Source of the DNA: Guillardia theta CCMP2712
Taxonomy: Eukaryota; Protista; Cryptophyta
DNA: 64,000 nt
Direction of reading: 5' to 3'
Assembly: GCF_000315625.1 (NCBI RefSeq)
Contig: NW_005434636.1
Coordinates: 124,001 to 188,000, forward strand
Shown: positions 28,325 through 40,737 of the stretch, piece by piece
Numbering within the stretch: the first letter of the stretch is position 1
Layout of the letters: each line of letters starts with the position of its first letter
Made by a program: the position numbers and the translations under genes
Notes under the pieces: model-generated
What the model saw: only the letters and a program-made list of their open reading frames with translations
The model's database searches: none
What the model was told of the DNA's origin: nothing

Positions 28325-30376
28325 TCAGCTCAAGACTCTGCTGGGGAGGAGCACGAGGAAGGGGTACCTCGGAGCCAACTTCAACCCGTCTTGCCTCCTC
28401 GGCGGCCTGCCATTTCGATCACAGAGCGTATAGACAGAGGGAAGTGGTCCAACCTGGATCAGACTCTTGCGTCGGGCAATCTGAGATCGCAACAGAGCCT
28501 GTACACAAGTTGAGATTCCTTGCACCTTCCTCGCTCCTGCATCACCTCAACTTGTATGGCCCCCGACATCATGTTGTTCCAGTCCTCTTCGCTGGGAGCA
28601 TCGATTGGCTGTGTCAACATCATGATCAGGGAGGGCAGGGGGAGGTGAACAAGATCGCACACCTCCGAGTCGTGCTGATCCAAGAAACCTCTCTTCTGCA
28701 GCACCCTTACCACCTTCTGGACCGATTCCGAACTGCAAGCCTCGTCAGTCTCAGCAAGAAGATTACAGGGAGCGATTGTACCCTTTGCAGACAAGGCTGT
28801 TGACGCTCGACAGCTTGATGCTGCTCGAGTGGATCTCGTTCTGAAACTTCATCTTCTGGTCGATGATCAAGAAAAACTTGTTCCCACGATGAGCCTCAAC
28901 ACAGTGCATGACCATAGCGAGCAGTTTGATGTTCTGATCTCTCCTCATCCACTCATCGCTGACTAGCGCGATGAAGATCCTACAACCGGCAACACTCTGC
29001 ATGGCCCTCATCTGTGCCTCCCGCTCCAGCGCGTCCTCTTCCGACGGGAGCAGCAGCGCTGCAAAGTCAAGTCTCGTGTACTCCTCGAAGATGGCGTTAG
29101 CCAACACTTGCCCAAAAATCCCGTCAGAGCTGGGGTCATAGGATATGATCACATCCATGCTCTCATCCGTCGATTCGACATCCCAGAACTCAGTGAAGGC
29201 CAGGGCATCCCCTGCCATCTCCTCGATCCCCTCCACTAGATCTCGCGCTACGAACTCCTTCCCACCCGTCAGCACGGCATCGAGAACTCCCGAGGTCCCT
29301 TGTAAATCCGTAGGTTTCGATGGATCGTGGTTCCAGGATATTCTCTTTTCCCCCCTTGCAGAATGAATGATAGATTCTGCCCTCGACTTCATCTTTGGAA
29401 GCATGTGTTTGATACAGAGCAAGGAAACCAAGACAAAGAACAACTATCAGACCAGCGTTAGCTACAGACTCACAAAACAACTTCCGTACCAGAAGCAGCA
29501 GGATAACCATCCAATCCAAGGCAATTCGATCATCCTTCTCAAGAGCTCTGTCGAGCTTCGGGTGATAGTTCACCAAGAAAGACGGCGCACTGCTGCTGGG
29601 ATCCGTTTGAGTGATCGTTCGGTTCTCGGACGACGTTGCATCGATCTCCTTCAGGAGCAGATGCTTCCTCAACTTTGCCCGCTGCAGATGTTCAGCAGCC
29701 CGCGCTTTCGCTTGCGAACCCCACTCAGGAGGTGTTCCGCCTGTCGTCCCCTGCACCATTCCTGGCTTGAGATATCCCAGGTTTCTTGCTGAACGGAGGA
29801 CGTTTTGCAGTCTTTGCTGGTTGGGGTCCGGGCTCGCCACCGCACTGATAGCTGAGCGAAAAAGAACGTCTTGCAACCCCTTCGGCAGTGCGACGAGCAA
29901 CTCGGGGGAAGAAGCTCCTAACACATTCTGCAGGATCTTCATGGCCGCCATCACCCTTTGGGCTTGAGCCTGTGGCACTTCAGGGGAGGACAAGAGAGCA
30001 AAGCGACAAGTGACTCACCTCTGATTGCCGCCAGTCAAACGCAGGCTGGTTCGACTTGCGGTATTCCTCTAGAAGCTGCTTCGCCATCTGAGGGTTGTTG
30101 TTGATCATGGCAGCTTGCGCAGCCTGCAGCAAAAAACTCAACATGTCGCCACCATCGAGTCTAGCAAGCTCTCACCATCCCCTGATTGAAAGACATTGGG
30201 AGCCTTGGATCCCTTTGCCTCACAAACTTTGTGAGTGAAGGATATCCCTCCAAGGAGTCCACCATCGCCGTGTCTATCCCCTTTGTGCTGCCCTTTCGCA
30301 TTTGGGCCATCAGAACCAGGAAAAACAAGGCAAGAGCAGCAGAGGCCAAGTAGATCAAGGTTCTGTTGAGATTCAT
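28325..30376 (-). CDS. Membrane protein with an N-terminal signal/TM helix, a second TM helix and a C-terminal TIR-like domain
   Basis: TLIYLASAALALFFLVLM; TM LFFVLVSLLCI; DVIISY...CRIFIALVSDEW matches TIR betaA/betaC patterns. Confidence 0.6.
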
Positions 30377-31056
30377 CCTCTCTGTCGCGCTTGTGTGTAA
30401 CAAACACAATCAATCTCAATACGACCTTCCTCCCTACCGAGCCCAATCTCCCAGTTCCATCTCCATGTCAGGTTGACAGTAGTCCGGGTTGAGAGATGGC
30501 TGTATCAGATGTGGCAAGACACAACACCAACAGCTCCTAGACTAAGTGTGTTTCATGCTCATCTCGGATTCTGTGCATCAATGTTCGAACTTCATCTCCT
30601 TTTCGTCCGCCCGATGCCATGGCCGTCGCCTAGATTCATGCCATGGATCTATTTCCGGGGAGCGCCGGATCGAGTTGGCTTAATAATTTAATGTTTTGAG
30701 TTAAAATGTGAAAAATATCAGTTCATAATTGAAATTTGCCAATTAAATTCTGAAGTTCTTATAGAATGTGATGCCAACCTCAAAATCACGCTCCAGCGGT
30801 CCGAATTATGGGAAGTTGGCAACTTTCACAAGTTGAAAGTTTCAAACTTGCAAGTCATTGTCGGCATGGGACGGATCGCTATGGGAGTCAGGGAGACGAA
30901 GGAGAGAAGAAGACAGGATGTGGAAGGCAAGGGCGCGATGAGAGGAGACACCACTGATCGAAGCAAGGGACGGCTGAAGGATACATTCATGTGTACTCAG
31001 TCAAAGACTCGTGTTCTTGATCCTAACAGGTATCATTGAAGAGCATCGATCAGCAA

Positions 31057-34000
31057 ATGAAGAAGACGGGCCTTATGCTGAAGCTGTTTCTTGTGTTGAT
31101 GCTTCGAGGGGCATGTAAGGAAGGAGTGGAGGCAGAATTCGAGGACTGGGTTTCGCAGATCCTGCCTTGTCATGCACGTTTGCAACAAGCGACGATGCCA
31201 AGATCCGATGGCGTGTGCTCTGAGGGGATTCTCATGTTGAGAGGAATGGGGCATGGTCGGTCGTCAAGATTGATGCTGAGAGGAGGAGCAGACAACACTC
31301 AGGTGTATGGTAGTAACACAGGCAAGGAACGATGTTGACTTTGTCTTGTGAAGAGTTCCGAATGGAAAATGTACATGTCGCGGTCACTCAAGAAGCCATA
31401 CTGGGTGAGTCTTGAGACTTCCGTCGCTGCGCCTGACCAGCATCGACAGGTCAACGTCAGGACTGGAATCACCACCTGGCAACAGCCAGCGGTGTCGGCT
31501 CCTCCGATGCCACGGCCTGCCATGGCGTCCCCTGCCCCGCGCCCACAAGTTGGAGAAGAAGTTTCAAGGAAGCGACTCAAGCAGGAAGTCTCCTCAGAAT
31601 CGCCAAGACCGGCCGATGGTGCCGAGACGAACAAGTGGGAGAACAGGACGAGAGAGCTGGCAAAGAGACTGTCGGACTCGCTGGTTTCAATGATGTCTTC
31701 GAGGGATGCTCCTATGGGTCAAAATGGAAGCGTGACACTCAAATCCTTCTTTGACGCGAAGATACAGAGACTGAACGAGAGTCTGATATCAGAGCAGGTC
31801 GATGACGGGGCCCGAGACGAAATCATGTACAAGATGCAATGGTTTCGGAGTGTACAGCAGCTGCTGAGTGAGGATTTTGTTGATGGCTTCAACCCCCCTG
31901 CGCCGACAACCAGGCGCGAGAAAATCAGGCAGTTTTTCGAGCGAGACATGGCAGCAACCTTGCAAACCATCCCGAGTTCAATTGGTCTGAACAAGATCAA
32001 AGAGGTACGGCTGCAGCACTGGCCTGCATCATGAATGATCTCACTTGTTAAAACAGACGGATTGGGTTGTTCGATACTCCAGATCACAGAACAAAGAGTA
32101 CTGGGTGAACCGACTGACTGGACAGACCAGTTGGACTCCTCCTCAACTCCCGAATTTCACTCCTCTCGAAGAGTTCTACATAGATCAGATGAGGTAAGAC
32201 AGGGCTTGCCCGACTTGTCCTGAGGGAACCTGATGATGACTCCTTGATGGCTGTGTCTGTGACTAATCGGTGATGACTTTAATCTTTGGCCGATCATCTA
32301 GAAATGTTTTTGTGTCTCATGTCTTTTCCGTTGTTTGTCTGCCCTCAGACCTTGTCTTCGATGAAGTTCTGCGTCCTTCTACTGACATTCGCGGCGCAGC
32401 GAGCTGAATCAGACGCTGTGGAAGTCCTGGGACCATGAAGGGGAACAGTCAGAAACACAGCACGAGCCTCCGATGAGCGCAGCAGAAATCCCAACGGACC
32501 TCACAAGCTTCCTCTCCGGTGGCATTCTTGGCTCTCAGGTGATGAGCTGTGAAGTGTTTGTGCCGCCTCCTCTTCATAGAGGCGCCTGATTTTGTGACAG
32601 GGTGCAGCGGTCGATGACTACAGAGATGAGGACTTGGAGGAGATTCTCGCTGAGTTTGGTTTCAGGGTGAGAGACGGTGAGGGAGTGCGAGAGTTTGTTT
32701 GTCTTCAGGTACTCACTGCACATGTGAAGGTGACGAGTTCCCCAAGGTCCTTGGCCTCAAGGTCAGACATCGAGTGAGAGAGTCTCCGTCGATAACTGTT
32801 GGGCAGGACTTTGACGAAGTCTGCAATGAGACCTTTTCAATGCTTGGAAACTTGAGCGAGGTTCCTGGCGCAAAAGACTTCGTCACTGCAGCAAGGAGAC
32901 TGCTGGAGAAGAAAGAAAACAGCTCAGGTGCCTTGCCCAGCACCCGAACTCCTCTAAGACTCTCTGCAGCCCCGTTGCAGAACTTGAGAGAGAGCCTTGA
33001 ACAAGACAACCTGACTCTCAATGAGTTTCTTCAAGAGGTACAACGAGACACCTCAAGCTCAGGACATGCGCTGTCCAAGGTGGCGGAGGAGGCTTGCATC
33101 CAGTCGCTCAACGACCTTCCTCTGCGACTCGACCATGAGACTCTGAGCGCCTCGGAGCGCGTCATGATGTGGAAGACCATGGCGAGGAGCAACTGCACTC
33201 TGTGGGGGAGGATGGACTTAAACCTGAGCACGAGCCTGCAACGCCCCAAGCTGATCCCCCAAGACTTTCCCAGCTTGTCTCTGGCCTTAGGTTTTTTCCT
33301 GCTCGATGACAGCTGGGGGGCTGAACGCTCATGCTCTCTGCAGGACTGCTCCTCCACACCAACCGCACCCTCTTCCTTCACGCCTCGGAGGTGCAAGGAT
33401 GTGGACTGTGGCCAGACAGCTGCAAGGAGCAGATGGTCGTCCCCAAAGGCTCCTCCCTCTACTTCACCTCTGACAGGGTCTCCATGCCTGCATGCGACCT
33501 GTGCGGTCTGCTCCTGATGCTGCTCCAGGAGCTCGATCACCACTGGTACATGGAGGAGAACAGCAGCGGAGTGATGCTGGGCTTGAAGAGTCTGCGGGAG
33601 GAGGAGGACGATTTGGACTCCCCATCGTTCTGCATCCAGGGTAAAGGATGGAAGTTCGAGAGCTGCTCCTTGCAGAGTGAGAACGGGACCGTCATTATGG
33701 CAGAGCTTGAGGTTCCTGACATGGGGGATGCGTGAAGCTCAGGGTTGTCAACAGGCTGAAGTTTCAGTGATCCGCAGCTCCATCGGAGGCTCGGGGACTT
33801 CAGAAAGGGCTGGAGATCTAGGAGCAGGCATGTGCTCGAATGCGATCCAAGCTTTCGAGAAAAGCCGGTCTGTCTCCTCCTCCTCCTCCTCCTCCTCCTC
33901 CTCCTCCTCCTCCTCCTCCTTCTCCTCCTTCTCCTCCTCCTCCTTCTCCTCCTCCTTCCTTTGCTGCTACCTCTACTCATCCTCTCTTGAACAAGCTTCC

Positions 34001-34860
34001 TTCCTCCCTGCTTTCCTCGCTTGGGGCGACTGCCGCTCTGTTCATCTCTCTCTTCATGCTCCCCTGCTAAAGAGATCGTGACAGGATCAATGTAACTGAG
34101 AGTAATGTGAGCCACGTCCTGTTCGCCGCATGTCGATTTCTTCATCATACGCAAGGAAGCATCATGAGGTCTCCTCCTCCCCCCTCTTCCCCCCTCTTCC
34201 CCCCTCCCTCCCTCCTTGTCGGCCTCAATCTGTGCCATGTGACAGCACGTCAGATGTCGCTTGGAAAAGTGTGGTGTGGCTCTGTGGCTCAACAACTTTG
34301 CGCACGTTGACGTCACTGAATCCTCTCTCACCCCGCACGGCGAGGAAGGAGCTTCTATCTTCTTCCCAGGGAAGGAGTGCGAGTGCGGTTCCCACGACGA
34401 GCTTTCAACCAGCAACCAACAGGAACTTCTCTTTCACTTCTGCTTCCGCTCTCACGCCTTCAGCTTTTCATCTTCATCTATCATCACCGCTGCTGCTGTC
34501 TTCTCCTCTTCTGCCCTCTGCTTCCCTGCATGCCTCATGCCTTCTCCTCTTCTGCCCTCTGCTTCCCTGCATGCCTCATGCCTTCTCATTTCCATCCTTC
34601 CCCTACCTTCTCCTTCCCAATCTCCCGACATCCTGCAGTCCTCCTCCCGCTCTTCCTCCCTCACTGACGTCTCATTCTTCAGTGTGAGCTTGTCATGCGA
34701 TCTTGCCGAGTTTCCCGTCCCGTTTGGCTTCCTCAGGACTATCAAGGTGAAGCATCTGCCCTCAAGCAACACCTCTCAACCGCTCCAGGTGGGGAGCTGC
34801 CGGAGACGTGCCCGTACCAAAAGGGATGGAGGCTGGAAACAGAAAACTTACAAGTAGTTT
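31057..34860 (+). CDS. WW-domain protein with putative bipartite targeting leader and probable C-terminal beta-helix-like repeats; possibly two genes
   Basis: Spliced WKMYMSRSLKKPYW|VNVRTGITTWQQP is a Pin1-like WW domain; hydrophobic N-terminus with leader ending LMLRGG; C-terminal beta-rich segments are only a tentative call. Confidence 0.6.
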
Positions 34861-34965
34861 GAATTCAAATTCATTTAAGGAGAGTGCGGCAAATCAGGGC
34901 CATTTGACACTCCCTCTATTTAATTGTGCGGGGGGATTTCCTGTATGCTCTTCGCGGCATCATCC

Positions 34966-36739
34966 TACAGCACAAAGTCACTCAACAACCCGGCGACATA
35001 TAGAGGCAGAACACAAGGAGGAAGCGGTCACGTCGAGTTTACCTCCTCAGTGATGGTCCCTTCCGTCACGGTCTCATCGCCAGCTTTGACAATCAGAGTT
35101 CCACCCTGGCAGGAAGAAGAGGAGGTCAAAAGTCAATACTCTAGTCAAGCACAGTATACCTGCTTCATGGTGGTCGGTTGACCTCCCATGACCTGCAAGT
35201 CGACCGCCAACGGTCAGGATTCAGTTTGAGGCATCGTGTAAGCATTGCCTTCGCTCGAATCTCATAAACTTTCCCAATGATTTTGTCTTCGAAACTTACT
35301 TGTATGACCTTATGCTTTACCTGAAAGATGCTGTCACGAGCTAAAACTGACTGGCATCACGGCTCCTTCACCTGCTGCGAATCGACAAAAGTGCAAGGAA
35401 TCCACCCTGATCTATTCCATGGATTGTCCATCTCCCGACATTGAATACAAATAGCATCCCCATCAAATTTGTCTCTAGAGATCTTTGTCAGTGAAGCAAT
35501 CACAGACTTCGGTGCGCAGTATGACCTGTGCACTTCCACAACAAATTTTCCACTTGGATGAGAAATAATCCGTCCCCAGTCCTTCCTCGGTGGTGTTGGG
35601 ACGTTTCGTGACTAGGGGAATCAATAATCAATCGTCCACCTTCTCATCGTACGCAAGGAACATGGTGGCTTTACCTTGACCCCATTTGCAGTCGCCGCAT
35701 CATGTTGCATGACCGGCTGAACTTGAGAATAATCTGGAACCATGGCAGGAGAGGGCGGAGGAACTCCCATCGCCTGCGAATAAGATCCCATGCCTGGGGG
35801 AAAACTTCCCATGGAAGGGGGGAAATTTCCGATACCCTGGCAGACATTTCAATCTTCTGCGTTTGGCTACTTTCAATACATACGGGCATGGGAATACTTG
35901 AGACTGGAACAAGAGTCGCTTCTTGGCAACGCACCAACTCTGACTCTGAGCCTGCAACAAGACAAGTTCATCAAAATGGTCAGAGATACTGTAACTAGCA
36001 TACCTGTAGAGCAATGAATAGTGTACCCCATAGTCCCATCTCCCCTCGGATAAAACCTTCGCTTTATCATGGATACACTTGGTCCATCCATAGTAGCGAC
36101 ATAACAAAATCCCGTTGACTATGTTCAAACAATCAAGACTTGGAAAAACCGACGTTGAACAAAGATTCACATGAAATTCAATCCCGAATTCTCCTATCTC
36201 GCCTTCTGACACAAAGTTCAGCCCCGTGACCTGGACAAACATTCCATTCTCAGATTCATCATGGGCTGTTGTGGGATGAAACCTGAGAAACAACCATCTG
36301 CGCTCGGCCTGGTCCTCCCGCCAAGGCTCCAAAACGAAGAAACCCCGTCTCGAGATGTAGAGGCATATGATCACTACTTCGCCAGGTTCTCTGTTTGCCC
36401 ACAGGGAGGTAACCAAAACAGACAACACGCAGTCAGATGTGCTAAGACAGTCCAAGGGCAAACAAGAAGACAGGCCATAACTACCTGCTGATAGATGATA
36501 GCTGGTCGCCCGTACACAGGGGTGAAAGTCGCCTCCTCGTAGTACTGGATCTCTTCGGGCATTGTAGGAAAGCTCGCCTTGCCCGTACCACTCCACGAGC
36601 CAATCAGCCATGAAACCTGTTGCACCCCGTCCATCATCTGCTGCATTTGCATGCTCGGAGGGAACGCGAACGGGACAACTCCAGGCATCATCGGCGGCAT
36701 CATATGAGGATTGAATGGTGGACCCTCCCCGTACGGCAT
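34966..36739 (-). CDS. Nitrobindin/THAP4-like (DUF1794) beta-barrel protein with Pro/Met-rich flanks and an extra C-terminal region
   Basis: VSWLIGSWSGTGKASFPT..IQYYEE..F; spliced RTWRSSDHMPLHLETGFLR; IKRRF..MGYTI. Ends approximate. Confidence 0.82.
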
Positions 36740-37599
36740 CCCGCGCCTGCTCTTTGCCTTAGGGTCAGCCGCATCCTCGGCAGGATCGCGGGGGCGGCGC
36801 GGGGGCCGAGGTTTGTGATTAGGAGAGGACGTATTGCTTTCTCGCAAGAGAGCTATCAGCCTCAGTTGCACCAACAAGAAGGGACCCTTGAAGAGGACGT
36901 TGTTCAACGACCGAGTTCCAAAGGGATATCACCCAGCTCTCAACGACAAGAGACAACCTTACAGGGATTTCTTGCTGATGTTACCTGATCTTTCCCTTCA
37001 GCTTGATTACACTAGGCAATTCCCCTCGTTCTCGCTTCCCATCCCACAAAAAACTCCATCCAACCCAGGTTTTGAATCTGACAAACACGTCAGTAGGGTA
37101 TTTTATGATTGAAGAAGCCAAATGCGAAATGAGGCTGAGAAATAATTTGCTCATGAACAATCTTGCTACAAAAAGGAGTTTTTCATCCCTGCTATAGCTT
37201 GAATCTATGTAGTTTCATTTACACAAGAATTCCACTAACCAGCAACAAACCATGATTTCCCTAGTTCTCTCTTTCTCTCATACTCGGAACATGGGGAATT
37301 CCCTATCTATCAACATGTTCAAAGATAATCCAGTGTGTTTCCTTCCTCAGTGACTGCTGCTATCTGCTAACCGGCAATGTGCCGTTCCTCAGCACGTGTG
37401 CTTCGACAAATCTGGAAATGTGACCTCACGCCTACCATTGATCAGCATGTCTTGCATTGCACATAGCAGCTTCTCAATCGTCTTTTATCCTCGGTATCAA
37501 TCTCTTTCATCCACTCGTTCGCTTCCTCTGCTTCTTCCTCCCTCCCTCCTTTCCTCTCCTCCCTACGCTCTCTTTCGCATTTCACATCTTAACCACCCA

Positions 37600-39240
37600 C
37601 CCTTCGAATTCCATTACCCCACCCCTACGAACTAGAGACGTCTCTACCACCCAGCTAAGTTAAGTACCCCACCCTAACAATTTGTCTTTTTTGTATCACC
37701 CCCTTGGTGATCCACCCACCTTAACTTGCTCAAATTAACCCCTCCTATGTCAGAGACCCACTCCCCTACCACCTTCACGCCGTTACCCCTGGAAACTACG
37801 AACTAGGTACCACCCCCGAGCTATCCTTTTACCCACCCTCCCTGAGAAGATCACCCACCACCACGTTTAAGTATGCTCACCCCTCAAGATGAATACACCC
37901 TACCCCTACTTTCCTGCTGATACCCCATGTCTTTCCTTCAAAAGTACCGGTAGACAATAGTCCCTGATACCGGTATCCGTATTACCTGACCCCTCCGATA
38001 TCTGCCCGACTTGGTGAGCACCCGTACAATCCATCACACCAGCACCCTACCCTGCCATAGATCCCCCCAGGTTGAAACCGCCTGATGATTATTCGGTAGA
38101 TATTTCAATTGTCCATATAAATATTGAAAGATAAACATTACATTACCAATATTTATTTTGTTTGGGGGTATGATTGGAAATGTAGAAGGGGTAGGGTGGG
38201 TCCTATGAAAACGATTTTGAACGGAGAGAAGGGGGTACTTGATGGAAAAGGGGCGGTGGTAGCTCAACATGCAAGCAGAGGATCTTGGGCGAAGGGTAGG
38301 TGGGTACTTCTTGAGGACGCAGGGTGGGTACTTGTAAGAACAATTCAGTGGAATATGGGTGGGTGGGTGATGTACCCCCGGGTACAGTAGTCCACCAGAC
38401 CGGTAACGGGTGACTGAAGGGATAGGTGGGGGTGGGTTGTACACCGGAAGGTCAGGAGAGTTTTTCCCTGCGGTTACGTGTGAGCTATGAAAGTTTATCA
38501 GGATCGTTCAAAGTTCTGAAGTTTCAAAGTTGGTGGTCAGAGCCTCACTGCCGTCCGTCCGAGCCCGGAACTGAAGCGCCTCCGGGCCGGCCGCGGCCGG
38601 GCGGCCGCCCGGCCGCGCGATGATCCGGCGGGGTCACCCCGCCGCGCGCGACCAGGGGGGCACTCGATGGTGAGCTGCGTGACCGAGGGGGATGCGCCGA
38701 GCCTCGGACTCGTGAGGGACGACGGTGCCGGGCCGCCGCCGCGCCGGGGCCGGCGACCACGGCGCGCGGCGGCGGCGAGCCTCGAAGGGCCCGGGGGGCC
38801 GGTACCGCCCGGGGGCGAACGGCCAGACAGTCATCGCGGCGGCCGGGGCCGCGACGCGAGCGGCCCGGCCCGCCGGGCGGCCACGCCCACCCGGTCCGAT
38901 CACCCCCGTGACGGAGTCTTGCCGCAGTCATGAACTTCCAGCCGGCCCGGGGCCCGGGCGCGGCCAGTCCCGCGCGCCGCCGCCTGCCAGGCTGGACTCC
39001 GGGGGGCCTCCGAGTGCCTCGGCGGAGTCGGGCGGCCGCGCCCGGCGGCCACCGTCACCTCGGACAAGTTGCGGCAGTCACTCTCGGGCCGGCGGCTCAC
39101 GGGCGTCAGCGGGCGTCAGCGGGCCCGCACAGCACTGCACTGATCACGGCGACTTGAATATCTAGCAGAAAGCTGGACGAACTTTGGAAACCGAGTTAAG
39201 ATGAGAAATTCGAGGCCCGTGACTCGAGACGAACAAAGCA
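37600..39240. repeat. Intergenic composite low-complexity element (TACCC-rich / AT core / GGGTA-rich / AAGTT / CCGG-rich)
   Basis: Compositional blocks read directly; similar blocks at ~5440-5710, 41360-41650, 59750-60150 and 61900-62610. Confidence 0.6.
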
Positions 39241-39422
39241 GTTGACATTTGGAAGTAAATCATCTCATGCTTTGCTCCCGCCATGAACTTGTTTGGGTGC
39301 AGAAGGAATTCACTGAGCCTATCAAAGTTGGTGGAACTGGCCTACAGTACTGAGAGTCGAAGTGATAGGATAGCTTTTCTTTCACTTTCTTGTTACAATC
39401 CAATCAAGTTCATCAGTTTGAC

Positions 39423-39960
39423 CTATGTCGCCCAATCAAGTAGGAGTGGCAATGCGCTCCTTGGTTGTTCATTCGACCATACCTCTGTGTTCCCGCTGGA
39501 CGACATGTACCACTCGATCCACTCCTCCTCTAGCGGTCCTCCACCTCTCTCCTCCACAACCTGCTCCTCCTCTCCTGCCTCTTGCCCACCTCGAGCCTCT
39601 GAGCTGCCTTCCTCGACCTGCTGCTGGCTACGGGGCTTGCGCTCGTAAGGCCAGCGGGAGATTCCGAGGCGGCGGCATGCGCTCTTGAAGGCGGTGAGGG
39701 AGAGACCCTGAGGAAAGAGCGAGAGTGAGGGAGAGCACAGAAGGGAGAACGAGAGTGAGTGAGTGAGTGATGGAGGAAGGGAGGGAGGGAGATCACGGGA
39801 GGGGTACCAGGGAGGCGGCAGCTTTTGTCTGTGGGAGGTGGAAGAGAGTTTTGAGGGAGGAGGCCTTGAGGCTGACGCCCCTGGAGCCCTTGTAGTACAT
39901 GAGAGAGCCTTGAAGGATCTTCCGTCTTGGATGGATCAGGACAGTCGTGCTGCTTGCCAT
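39423..39960 (-). CDS. RWP-RK transcription factor copy 1; exons 39808-39960, 39423-39707
   Basis: Spliced MASSTTVLIHPRRK...LKTLFHLPQTKAAASL|GLSLTAFKSACRRLGISRWPYERK...EEEWIEWYMS. Confidence 0.92.
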
Positions 39961-40737
39961 GATGCTTGCTCGAGAATGCAGAGAGTCAGCTTTGGTTCCC
40001 TATCGACGGTTTTTGCTGGGGGGAGATGCGATGGCCACAACAGTATATCCTCCGAACCCCCTCATGTTACGCCTCTCTCGATATTTTTTTACTACAGCTT
40101 CCTCTGTCATCATTTATCCGGTCGGATCCTGACGTTTTGACTCTGAGGCAGACCTCCGAATTCAGGAGCGACGTGCTCAGTTGCAACGGTACGTACAAGA
40201 TACGTGGCAGTGGTGTCCTGACATGACTGCTGTCTGTCCGCTAGTGCGACATGCACGTGTTTCTTTCCGATTGAACATGTGCATTGCATGAAAGGACACA
40301 TACTCAAGTGTTATCCGGCATCATCCCTTAGAGTCTTGAGTTCTTCAGGACTGGTCGGGCGTCATACTAAGATGCTACAGACATACAGGTAGACTTACAA
40401 ATTTTCTCAGCGCGCGGCATCATGAACACAGGACAAGTACATTCAGCCATATCAGACACGAGATAAGATGATAGATTGATGGTCGTGACTGAAAAGGTCA
40501 GTCAGAAACAAAGGGGGAGCTATCATCACCTTACTCGAGTGCTCTATGCATAAAGCTGGATTATTGTATTGATTTATTAGATACAAGCAGCTACTTTCCT
40601 CTATACAACTCTTTCCATGCCTCAAATCCCACCTTGCTCCCTTCAGATCCAAAATGCTTCACATGCATCTTTCATCTTATGTTACAGTTCCAAACACTAC
40701 CTGCTTACTTCGCTGTCCTCCTCCCTTCGGATGACTC

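Noticed and set aside
38545-39165. Overlapping Arg/Pro/Gly-rich ORFs
   Set aside because: Open only because stop codons are rare in very GC-rich noncoding DNA.
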